DNA of 64,000 nucleotides from Methanomicrobia archaeon (GTDB taxonomy: Archaea; Halobacteriota; Bog-38; Methanoflorentales; Methanoflorentaceae), in NCBI GenBank assembly GCA_015661395.1, contig JACWML010000003.1:3567-67566 (forward strand), written 5' to 3'. Shown piece after piece: positions 29,628 to 38,532 of this stretch. Both the position numbers and the translations under genes were made by a program. The first letter of the stretch is position 1. Each line of letters starts with the position of its first letter. A model generated the notes under the pieces. That model had not been told where the DNA came from. It searched no databases and saw only the letters and a program-made list of their open reading frames with translations.

Positions 29628-29777
29628 TGATTTAAGACCGAGGCAATAGAGGATAGAGCCAGTAGCTATTTTAAGATTTATAACAACTTTAGTTTGTTAC
29701 TCCGCGGCGCCCGCACGAAGCCGCGGCGGGAACTTACGAGCAGGATTGGCCAGGCGCTTAAAGCCTCAAAGGACCGC

Positions 29778-30251
29778 TTACAGATTGCCGATACGTGCCA
29801 GAAAGCTTTTGGTCTTCTCAACGTACGAGCCGTCTTCTACGTCTTTGTGCAGAATTTCGACGGTGGCAACCGGGGTTGCCTTGCACAGTTCTTGCATCTC
29901 TTCGAACGCGCTCTCCGCTCCTGAGCGATCCTGGGTGCAAAAGAACGCGACACGAGTGAATCGCTCTCTCTTGCGCGAGATGTACGCCCGCATGGGACTT
30001 GATACGGTTTGAACCCATACTGGCGTGCCAACGATCGTGAGATCGTAACCCACAGGATCTTTTTTCGTGGCCTTGATGGCTGCGGGCTTTTTCAGGACCG
30101 CCTCCTCGCGCGAAAGGCCGTACCCGGAAAAATCGCTTCGATTTTCTTTGGCTACGATCTCCTCGACGTCTCCTGAGAGGGCACGCGCGATTGTTTCAGC
30201 CACCTTTCTGGTGATTCCAGTGCGAGAATAAAAAACGACGAGCGTTTTCAT
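29778..30251 (-). CDS. Flavodoxin
   Basis: VFYSRTGITRKVA, VGTPVW, VAFFCT. Confidence 0.9.
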   Translation of the reverse strand: MKTLVVFYSRTGITRKVAETIARALSGDVEEIVAKENRSDFSGYGLSREEAVLKKPAAIKATKKDPVGYDLTIVGTPVWVQTVSSPMRAYISRKRERFTRVAFFCTQDRSGAESAFEEMQELCKATPVATVEILHKDVEDGSYVEKTKSFLARIGNL

Positions 30252-30459
30252 AGACGCTAGTGCGTGGCCCCAGGCTTAACCGTTTCATTTCCTTTGTAGT
30301 CACGATACCCTCGGCTGCAGAAACTCCGTCTCTGTTGCGCAGAGATGGCGAAAGATACAAATGCTGATTGGCCGCCTTTGGATTAGTAGACTTGAGTATT
30401 TTCGCACGCGAACGCCGATCAGTTTGTAGCCGATGGGCGTCTATCGAGGAGCAAGGAAC

Positions 30460-31071
30460 GTGATCTTTGATCTGCACATTCACTCAAAATACTCGGGCGA
30501 TTGTACAATGGTGCCGGCCACCATTCTCAAGGTCGCAAAGAAACTTGGATTGGATGGCATTGCCGTCGCGGATCACTTAACTATCAAGGGCGCAGTTGAG
30601 ACGCGCAGGTTGAATGACGATCCTGATTTTTTGGTCATCGTCGGCGCAGAAATTGAAACGGCGAACAAGGAGGACCTGATCGGTTTATTTCTCACGGAGG
30701 AAATTGAGTCCAGAAACACTGCGGACGTAATCACCGAGGTCAAAGCGCAAGGTGGCATTGTTTTTTGGGCGCATCCATTCCGAGTCGGGAAAAACCTATT
30801 ACGCCCCGAGGCGATTGAGCGACTTGATCTCATTGAGGGATTCAATTCGAAAACGAGCGCCTCGCGCAACGCGCTTGCGCAACAGCTTGCTCGTCAATAT
30901 GATAAACCGGTGATAGGGACCAGCGACGCACACCAGGTCGCGGAAATAGGAAATGGTAAAACGTTGATACGTAGCGCTGATTTTGGCGCGACGAGGGAAT
31001 CGCTTGCTTGCGGGAAGACGCAGATAGTGGACTCTCACTTGTCCTACGATTACTTATACGATTCTCTTTGA
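30460..31071 (+). CDS. PHP-domain metal-dependent phosphoesterase
   Basis: DLHIHSKYS, VADH, GAE, AHPF, TSDAH. Confidence 0.9.
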   Translation: MIFDLHIHSKYSGDCTMVPATILKVAKKLGLDGIAVADHLTIKGAVETRRLNDDPDFLVIVGAEIETANKEDLIGLFLTEEIESRNTADVITEVKAQGGIVFWAHPFRVGKNLLRPEAIERLDLIEGFNSKTSASRNALAQQLARQYDKPVIGTSDAHQVAEIGNGKTLIRSADFGATRESLACGKTQIVDSHLSYDYLYDSL

Positions 31072-31567
31072 GAAGTCAATAGTCACTGTTCGCAAACGGC
31101 ATCGCTTGATAGCAAGAAAAGGTGTCGTGGTGATAACGGCTCTAACTGTGAAAGGGTTTGCACGCATAAAAGCACTCTGTGTCCTAGGCTGCTCAATTAG
31201 TGTATCAATCACGTTTAATAATGAAAAAATACAAATAGGAGTAAGGCGGAAAAACTATTGTTTAAATTTAGCGAGGTGACCAGCCAAATCAGACAGCACA
31301 ATATAATATCAAAACTGTTTTATTGCGTAAGTATTGGTCATTCCGACCAAGTAAGCGAGTCGGCCGTCGATTTGGAGATGGCCGGCGCATCTTACACAGG
31401 GTAGATTAATACTACATTTTTTCGCAGAGATGGAAGGCCGCACCAATTGTTTTCGTGCAGCGTTTGCCGTAAATCTGTTCGTTCTAACTCGATAGACTTG
31501 AGAAACAAAGAAATAGAGAGCAGAGAAGTATCTGATTCTCTACCCATTTAGCCTGTCTGCGTCTTGA

Positions 31568-32173
31568 TTATGTCAGCACAAATGAGCTCATTATTCGCTG
31601 TGCTTGCGCCAAGTAGGTGTTATAATCGCTGGGTACGGCCTTGTAATTTATCACATAACCAGTGTTGTTATTTACTACGTAAGTCTGCATCACTTTGAGC
31701 GTCGTGTTAGCGGTAGTTTGACTTGTGTTAAGCTGGACCGGGATGAGTCCTTGAAAAACGATTGTTTGTGCTGGCTGGCCAGAAACTGTAGTGGTGTTGT
31801 TTGAAATCTGTTGGTAGCTCGGGTATTTGGTAATGTTAGCCGTCTGAGAGGCAACATAACTGCCCAAAGTTTCGCCTGCGCTAAGACTATTCGCCCACAC
31901 ATTCACGCCATCAATTACAGAATTTGGATTCAGATAGATATATATCCTCACTGGGGTTGTTGGATCGTTTGACGTATCTACTTTGAGTGCAGTAGGATAT
32001 GTAATATTGAAACCAGCACCACTTGAAAAAGTCGTGTTGTTGCCACTGGTCATCTGTGACGATGGGGTCGGAGTCGGAGACGGGCTCGTACTCGTCGTGC
32101 AGCCGGCCGCCGTCGCCGCTAGTGTTATGAGCGCTGCGATCACGAGCGCCGTAATTAGATTGCGATTATCCAT
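31568..32173 (-). CDS. PsbP/DcrB-like lipoprotein
   Basis: Signal peptide with lipobox-like AAGC, a Pro/Thr linker, GFNITYP and TTTVSGQPA. Confidence 0.7.
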   Translation of the reverse strand: MDNRNLITALVIAALITLAATAAGCTTSTSPSPTPTPSSQMTSGNNTTFSSGAGFNITYPTALKVDTSNDPTTPVRIYIYLNPNSVIDGVNVWANSLSAGETLGSYVASQTANITKYPSYQQISNNTTTVSGQPAQTIVFQGLIPVQLNTSQTTANTTLKVMQTYVVNNNTGYVINYKAVPSDYNTYLAQAQRIMSSFVLT

Positions 32174-32470
32174 GGTATCAGATCTCGCGTAAAAGGAAAG
32201 CTTCTAGACAATAAAGGTTTGCATCTTCACGCAGAGCTGATTCGTGCGTGTATCCAAGCAACCGATGAATTGGTTGGTTTCATGTCGGCTCGCTTCGCTG
32301 CAGGAATAGTCGCGGCTGCTCCGTTCAACTTAGCCCCCCAATAAGTCTTTATTCGAAAAGGAACTTCAATGATGATGAGCAATCGCAAATCGTTGCACGT
32401 TGCGATGTTTCATGGTTTTGGAAGCTGCGCTTGAGATACCCACTTCGCAGCCTGCCACCTAGGTGGACGC

Positions 32471-33625
32471 ATGGCGAACGCGACAATCAAATATTCAAAG
32501 AGGCTAGACGTGCTGCCGCCCTACCTTTTCGCCCAAATAGATACGTTGAAGGCAGAAAAGGAGGCACAGGGAATTGACGTCATTGATCTTGGAGTGGGGG
32601 ACCCAGATCAGCCAACGCCACCCTATATCGTAGATTCTCTCGTGCGCGCCGCGCACAACGATGCGAACCATCGGTACCCGTCCTCTGAGGGTATGCTCGC
32701 ATTTAGAGAGGCCGTGAGTGAGTGGTACGCGAAGAAAGGTATCGCTGTGGATCCAGCACGTGAGGCCTCCGCACTGATCGGATCGAAGGAAGGCATAGCG
32801 CATCTTCCCCTGGCCTTTATCAACCGAGGGGACAAAGTCCTTGTTCCCGATCCCGCGTATCCCGTTTACCGGATAGCAACTGTCATGGCTGATGGCAAGC
32901 CGATAAGCATGCCACTAACTGCTGACAACGGGTTCTTGCCTGATATTGATAAGGCGGTGACCGATGCCAAGTTGCTATTCATCAACTATCCGAACAATCC
33001 GACAGCCGCTGTCGCTGACCGTGGCTTTTTTAGAGCCATCGTCGATTACGCCTCTGACAACGATATTATCGTCTGCCACGACGCAGCGTATTTAGAGTTG
33101 ACTTATGATGGCTACGCAGCTCCGTCGTTTCTCTCCACACCCGGGGCAATGGATGTTGGAATCGAAATCGGCAGCCTCTCCAAAACGTACAATATGACCG
33201 GCTGGCGAATAGGGTTTGCAGTAGGAAGCGCCGACGTCATAGCCGGTCTCAGAAAAGTTAAATCGAACCTGGATTCAGGCGCATTCCAAGCGGTACAGGA
33301 AGCAGGGATCGCTGCTTTGACTGGGCCACAGGACACGGTTGAAGTGCTCAAGAAACTCTATTCAGAGCGCAGAGACGCACTGGTCGATGGCCTAAGGAAC
33401 ATTGGCTGGTCCGTGGACAAGCCGAAGGCAACGTTCTATGTCTGGGCTCCCGTTCCAGACGGAAGCTCCTCTCTCGAGTTTTCAATGCGACTTTTAAACG
33501 CCGGGATTGTCGCAACGCCAGGCATTGGCTTCGGAGACAACGGGGAGGGCTACATCAGATTTGCATTGACGATGCCCGTCAGTATGATCGAGGAGGCAGT
33601 GACGCGGCTCCAGGAGGTCCTTTGA
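32471..33625 (+). CDS. dapL: LL-diaminopimelate aminotransferase
   Basis: LPPYLFA, LIGSKEG, NYPNNPT, SLSKTYNMTGWRIG; in an operon with lysA and dapF. Confidence 0.92.
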   Translation: MANATIKYSKRLDVLPPYLFAQIDTLKAEKEAQGIDVIDLGVGDPDQPTPPYIVDSLVRAAHNDANHRYPSSEGMLAFREAVSEWYAKKGIAVDPAREASALIGSKEGIAHLPLAFINRGDKVLVPDPAYPVYRIATVMADGKPISMPLTADNGFLPDIDKAVTDAKLLFINYPNNPTAAVADRGFFRAIVDYASDNDIIVCHDAAYLELTYDGYAAPSFLSTPGAMDVGIEIGSLSKTYNMTGWRIGFAVGSADVIAGLRKVKSNLDSGAFQAVQEAGIAALTGPQDTVEVLKKLYSERRDALVDGLRNIGWSVDKPKATFYVWAPVPDGSSSLEFSMRLLNAGIVATPGIGFGDNGEGYIRFALTMPVSMIEEAVTRLQEVL

Positions 33626-34905
33626 TGGATTTCGGCACGCGCGAACATCTCGGCGAGAAGAACGGCCACCTCATCATCGGGGGCGCCGATGCCGTTGAGC
33701 TCGCACGGAAACACGGCACGCCGCTCTATGTCACGGATGAGGCTCGCATTCGAAGCAACTACCGGCGCTTCGCGGCCGCGTTCCCCGATGCGGACGTATA
33801 CTACGCCGTAAAGGCGAATGGTCACATAGCGGTTCTACGCATACTCGCGCAAGAAGGTGCCGGCGCCGACGTATTCTCCGATGGTGAGCTGTATACCGCC
33901 CTCCTTGCCGGGATCCGCCCCGACCGCATCCTCTTCAATGGAAACGCGAAAACGGACGCCGAACTTGCAATGGCTTGTGAAACCGGCGTGAGGGTGTCCG
34001 TTGATTCACCTGATGAGCTCCGAGCGCTCGCACGAATTGCCTCAGATGCGGACCGAGAGGTCGAAATCGCATTCAGGGTCAATCCCGAAGTATCCCCCGC
34101 GACGCACCCCAAGATCGCAACGGGCCTGGCGCAATCGAAATTTGGCATCCCTCCCACTAAGGTGCTAGCGTGCTACGCCGACGCGCTCTCACTTGAAGGT
34201 GTCCGGCCTGTAGGCATTCATTGCCACATCGGTTCACAGATTCTCGAGCTTAGTCCCTTCGCAGAGATGATGACGCGGATGATGGATCTCGTTGAAAAGC
34301 TCAGAAACGACCTTGAGCTCGAGCTCGATTTCGTTGACATCGGCAGCGGACTGGGTATACCGTACGCTGGGACGGCGCCAACCCCAATCGACCTCGCGAA
34401 TGTGATTCTGCCGATCTTCACCGAACGTACACGCGCGCTGGGGGCGCGCCCTAAGCTCGTGCTTGAACCGGGAAGATACGTCGTTGGTGACGGCGCAATT
34501 CTGCTCAGTGCGGTAAGCACCGTCAAGGAGGCGCATAGCACTTTCGTCGGCGTTGACGCCGGGTTTAACCTTCTGCTTCGCCCGACCTTGTATGAGTCGT
34601 ACCACGAGGTGATTGTCGCGAATAAGCTCGATAGAATACCCGATCACGTGTACACGGTCGTTGGTCCGATATGCGAAAGCGGCGACATACTGGCAAGAGA
34701 TAGATCTCTTCCACACGTTGAAAAAGGGGACCTAATCGCTATACTCGACACAGGTGCGTACGGGTTTGCCATGAGCTCTCAGTACAACGGACGCGCGCGC
34801 GCTAGTGAAGTCCTCGTTAACGCGGGTGAAGCAGAAATCATTCGAAGGCGCGAAACCTACGACGATCTCTTGATCGGGCAGCGTATTCCGCCGCGCCTGC
34901 TGTGA
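33622..34905 (+). CDS. lysA: Diaminopimelate decarboxylase
   Basis: YAVKAN, SKFG, HCHIGSQ, EPGR, GPICESGD, GAYG. Confidence 0.96.
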   Translation: MMDFGTREHLGEKNGHLIIGGADAVELARKHGTPLYVTDEARIRSNYRRFAAAFPDADVYYAVKANGHIAVLRILAQEGAGADVFSDGELYTALLAGIRPDRILFNGNAKTDAELAMACETGVRVSVDSPDELRALARIASDADREVEIAFRVNPEVSPATHPKIATGLAQSKFGIPPTKVLACYADALSLEGVRPVGIHCHIGSQILELSPFAEMMTRMMDLVEKLRNDLELELDFVDIGSGLGIPYAGTAPTPIDLANVILPIFTERTRALGARPKLVLEPGRYVVGDGAILLSAVSTVKEAHSTFVGVDAGFNLLLRPTLYESYHEVIVANKLDRIPDHVYTVVGPICESGDILARDRSLPHVEKGDLIAILDTGAYGFAMSSQYNGRARASEVLVNAGEAEIIRRRETYDDLLIGQRIPPRLL

Positions 34906-34914
34906 GGGTCCGCT

Positions 34915-35793
34915 ATGAGGGCGATAGAGTTCGTCAAGATGCAGGGCAATGGGAACGACTTCGTCATCATTGACGAGACCGAGAAAGTGACCATCAAAAA
35001 CAAATCGAGTTTTGCCATAAAGACGTGTGATCGTCGGTTTGGCATAGGTGCCGATGGGATCCTTTTCCTGTCGCGGCCTGCGGGGGCCGATCTCGGCATG
35101 CGATTACTCCAGCCTGACGGTTCTGAAGCGGAGATGTGCGGAAACGGCATTCGTTGTCTCGTCATGTACGCCGTCGATGCCGGATATGTGAAGCGTGGCA
35201 GCGTCACGGTGAAGACAAAGGCGGGGGTTCGCGAAGTCACCGCCAAGAAAAGCTCGGTAATTGTCGATATGGGCAAGCCTCGGTTTGCCCGCTCAGTGAT
35301 ACCAGCTCTGGGGACTGGCGGTCAATTCATCGAAAATCTGCACGGGGTGGTGGTTTCGGCTGTCAACACTGGCGTCCCTCACGCGGTGATCTTTGAGGAT
35401 CAAGCTGATGTCGACGTGCACGACCTTGCAGTAAAGATTCGGTTTGATCCCGTGTTTCCTCAAGGAGCCAACGTCAATTTTGTGAAAGTCGATGGCAATA
35501 CGCTTGTTGTTCGGACGTACGAGCGCGGCGTAGAACGTGAGACTCTCAGCTGCGGCACCGGTGCTGTCGCAGCCGCAGCTGTAGCGAACCAGATGGGCCT
35601 CATAGGCACCCGGGTCACCGTCAAAACGTTAGGCGGTTCTTTGAAAGTTACTTTGCGGAAAGATCGCGCCCTGATGGAAGGGCCGGCGGAAACGGTCTAC
35701 ACGGGCATCTATTTCTTGAAAAAAAGGCTAAGCGTCAGTGAGTCCCTGACCCGTAATCCTGAAATATGCGCTTGTCTCGAGCGGCATTATTGA
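34915..35793 (+). CDS. dapF: Diaminopimelate epimerase
   Basis: KMQGNGNDF, EMCGNG, GVPH, ERG..ETLSCGTG. Confidence 0.95.
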   Translation: MRAIEFVKMQGNGNDFVIIDETEKVTIKNKSSFAIKTCDRRFGIGADGILFLSRPAGADLGMRLLQPDGSEAEMCGNGIRCLVMYAVDAGYVKRGSVTVKTKAGVREVTAKKSSVIVDMGKPRFARSVIPALGTGGQFIENLHGVVVSAVNTGVPHAVIFEDQADVDVHDLAVKIRFDPVFPQGANVNFVKVDGNTLVVRTYERGVERETLSCGTGAVAAAAVANQMGLIGTRVTVKTLGGSLKVTLRKDRALMEGPAETVYTGIYFLKKRLSVSESLTRNPEICACLERHY

Positions 35794-36402
35794 ATGCTTC
35801 TTCAATATCGCGCATCGCCGTTCCGAATGAGTTTTTACGAACTGTAAAACGATAGCGGAGACGTTATCAAGCAAATATCCAGCAACAGGCAGTACCTCCT
35901 TGGTGTCGGTGTCGACATACACCTGATTCGTTAACATAACAGCTAGGTCATACTTTTTAGCTAGACCGAGCAGCAAAAGAACTTGATTGGCGATGGCGTG
36001 TCGCGACCTAATCTCCGTGTTTTTGGCATGTTCGAGCCGATAGTACGTGGTCGCCGCGTCGAAAATGATAAGCCCTACATTTTCCTTCGCTATTTTCCTG
36101 ACATTGCGCAGCGTAGCCCCCTGCTGGTCGAAGCTTTTCACCTCGAAAACGAGCAGTTTTTGACTGATCTGTACAGTGTCTGTTGCAGCGATCTGAGCGA
36201 AGCGTTCACCCGGGAACGGACCAGAAGCGATAAATATCACGCGCTTTTCGCGTCTTATGACGTTCGTAGCTAGCTGTATACATAGGCTGGTCTTCCCACT
36301 TCCCGGCTCTCCATAAATATGCGACACGACTCCTGTCGGAAAGCCGCCCCCGATGAGGGCATCGATGCCGTGGCAGGTACTTGAATAAAGCGTACTGTTC
36401 AC
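35728..36402 (-). CDS. radB: DNA repair and recombination protein RadB
   Basis: GEPGSGKT, TNQVY and the RadB-type KH motif. Confidence 0.9.
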   Translation of the reverse strand: MNSTLYSSTCHGIDALIGGGFPTGVVSHIYGEPGSGKTSLCIQLATNVIRREKRVIFIASGPFPGERFAQIAATDTVQISQKLLVFEVKSFDQQGATLRNVRKIAKENVGLIIFDAATTYYRLEHAKNTEIRSRHAIANQVLLLLGLAKKYDLAVMLTNQVYVDTDTKEVLPVAGYLLDNVSAIVLQFVKTHSERRCAILKKHSIMPLETSAYFRITGQGLTDA

Positions 36403-36512
36403 TTCCTCAGAGCAAATCTAACCTCAAAAACAACGCAAAGCCGTTCGCTATGGCATTATAGGGAGTTAGAGTTATAAACTTTCGTTTCAGAATAAAAGCA
36501 GGAGGGGCAAAG

Positions 36513-37274
36513 ATTTACATCGCCCTAGCAACGACGGACTTCGCACTCTACCAGGACATCACCAGAGAGCTTCGCGAAAAGAGGCTCAAATTTGTAACTG
36601 TTGCGCCAAGCGAAGCTATAGGGCGCGAAGTTGGCGTGGTGATTACTTCTGACAAGGAGGCGAGCGCAATCTCCTTTCCGAATGTCGTTATCGCGTCTGA
36701 TCCCGAGATGGCGGTCAGCGAAGCGATACGACGTCTCAGGAACACCGGCGTGCCTGAAAGCGCCGTCATAGGGATCGATCCAGGAGATGAACCCGGCATT
36801 GCCGTCGTCGCGAATGGTATTGTTGAGGCGGTTTATCGCGTCCCCTTAAGGCAGGCCTCGAAGATTGTGGAGCGCATTCGGCAGACCTATCCTGATATCC
36901 TCGTACGAATTGGAAACGGAGCACGCCTGACGAGCACGCATTTAGCAAACGCCTTAATTTCGCACGGCATCGCCGTTGAGTTCGTCGATGAAAGCGGAAC
37001 TTCGCCATACCTGGGGAAGGGCACGGCAGGAATCGCGATCTCAGACATCGTTGCTGCAATCAACATCGCATACACGCAAGGCACCCCGGCGGGACGTCAA
37101 GACGTGCTCCCTTCGAAGGGTGAGATCCGGCGGATTCAAGAGAGGACCAGAGAGCTCTCTGAAGGTCGAACGACGATTTCGCGAAAGCTTGCCCAAAGGG
37201 TAGCGAACGGCGAAATAACGATAAACCAAGCTCTCGCAGAACACGAGGGGGCAGGCCATAATAAAACGCACTAG
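36513..37274 (+). CDS. Conserved archaeal hypothetical protein with an RNase H-like GIDPG motif
   Basis: IALATTDFALYQDITRELREKR...VIGIDPGDEPGIAV...VRIGNG...VDESGTSP. The frame is open upstream of GTG 36636 to a probable ATT start. Confidence 0.75.
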   Translation: MYIALATTDFALYQDITRELREKRLKFVTVAPSEAIGREVGVVITSDKEASAISFPNVVIASDPEMAVSEAIRRLRNTGVPESAVIGIDPGDEPGIAVVANGIVEAVYRVPLRQASKIVERIRQTYPDILVRIGNGARLTSTHLANALISHGIAVEFVDESGTSPYLGKGTAGIAISDIVAAINIAYTQGTPAGRQDVLPSKGEIRRIQERTRELSEGRTTISRKLAQRVANGEITINQALAEHEGAGHNKTH

Positions 37275-38458
37275 CCGCCGAGTCGGTCCCAAGCCTCCTG
37301 TTCAGCTATCCTCATAACACGCTTAACAGGGATATTTAGCTTCTTGGCAAGCGCAGTTGCTTCGTCAAATTCGGCGGCAACGTTGAGTACAGTCCCGTGC
37401 TGGTCTGTCGCAACTTTTACGTTGATCGCGTGGGATTCATTGCCTATGCGCACCGTTACGGGCTCAAAACGCCTCAGTGTTTTGATTCTATGATGTGTAG
37501 GCGTGATTCGCACCCCCAAGCTGCCAGTTTCTTCAATGATCTTCTTTGCAAGTCGGTGCGATTCAGCGGGTTGGGTGATCACCTGGATAATGTGTCCAGT
37601 TCTGCTTTTTTTCCCCGTCGTAGGTATTATTGCCACGTCGAGTGCGCCAATTTCGAGGAGCCCCTCTATGAGACTTCCGAGTACCTCCCCTGTGACGTCA
37701 TCCACGTTAGTTTCAAGCACCTGGACGTCATCGAGTAGCAGATCTTCATTGACCTGGCCGAGCGTGGCACGCAGGACGTTTGCGTGAAGGTAGTCTCGAG
37801 ACCCAGCGCCGTACCCCACGCGCTCGGGGGTCATTTGCGGCAAGAAAACGTCCGAAATTCCGGTGAAAAAGGCAAGTATCGCTGCACCTGTCGGGGTGAG
37901 CAGTTCGCCCTCAACGGGCCCTCCTCTGGTTATCAGGTGGTATTTTGAGAGTATGGCAGCGGTCACAGGAGCGGGGACGGGCAGATGCCCGTGATCAGTC
38001 TCTACAGACCCCCCACCCACGCATATAGGGGCCGTGAATATGGAGTTAACCTGGAGTTGTGAAACAGCAGTGCAGGCGCCGATCACATCTGCAACGGCAT
38101 CTTGAGCGCCCACTTGGTGGAACACGAGCTCATCTGTGTGAACTCCGTGCACGGCTGCCTCTGCCTCTGCTAGGATCCCAAATATCGCGGTCGCGTCTGC
38201 GAGTATCGTTGAACTGATCCCGCACGATTGAATCGCGTTGATGAGTTCCAGGTACGAGCGTAACCCGTCGTGCGCGATCACGTTGACGCGCGTTGCCCGT
38301 ATCCCTGACTTTCGCACCTCGCAGATCTGTACTTCAACGCCTGCGGCAGCTTCCATGTTCTCTCGAACCGCGGATGCGTCCGCGCCAAGATCGATGAGGC
38401 ATCCGGTCAGCATATCCCCCGAAGCGCCGGAAAAAGGCTCAAATGCAAGTATCGTCAT
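37271..38458 (-). CDS. larC: Nickel pincer cofactor biosynthesis protein LarC
   Basis: FSGASGDM, HGHLPVPAP, ELLTPTGA, ETNVDD, ETGSLGVR. Confidence 0.92.
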   Translation of the reverse strand: MTILAFEPFSGASGDMLTGCLIDLGADASAVRENMEAAAGVEVQICEVRKSGIRATRVNVIAHDGLRSYLELINAIQSCGISSTILADATAIFGILAEAEAAVHGVHTDELVFHQVGAQDAVADVIGACTAVSQLQVNSIFTAPICVGGGSVETDHGHLPVPAPVTAAILSKYHLITRGGPVEGELLTPTGAAILAFFTGISDVFLPQMTPERVGYGAGSRDYLHANVLRATLGQVNEDLLLDDVQVLETNVDDVTGEVLGSLIEGLLEIGALDVAIIPTTGKKSRTGHIIQVITQPAESHRLAKKIIEETGSLGVRITPTHHRIKTLRRFEPVTVRIGNESHAINVKVATDQHGTVLNVAAEFDEATALAKKLNIPVKRVMRIAEQEAWDRLGG

Positions 38459-38532
38459 GCGTATGCAGCTAGGGCTCTTTTAGCCACCCTTATATATCAC
38501 CATGTTATCATATAAGCTTAGGTTCTGATCGT

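Noticed and set aside
32369-32434. Leader ORF MMMSNRKSLHVAMFHGFGSCA or a C-box upstream of dapL
   Set aside because: Not Lys-rich and no matching D box.
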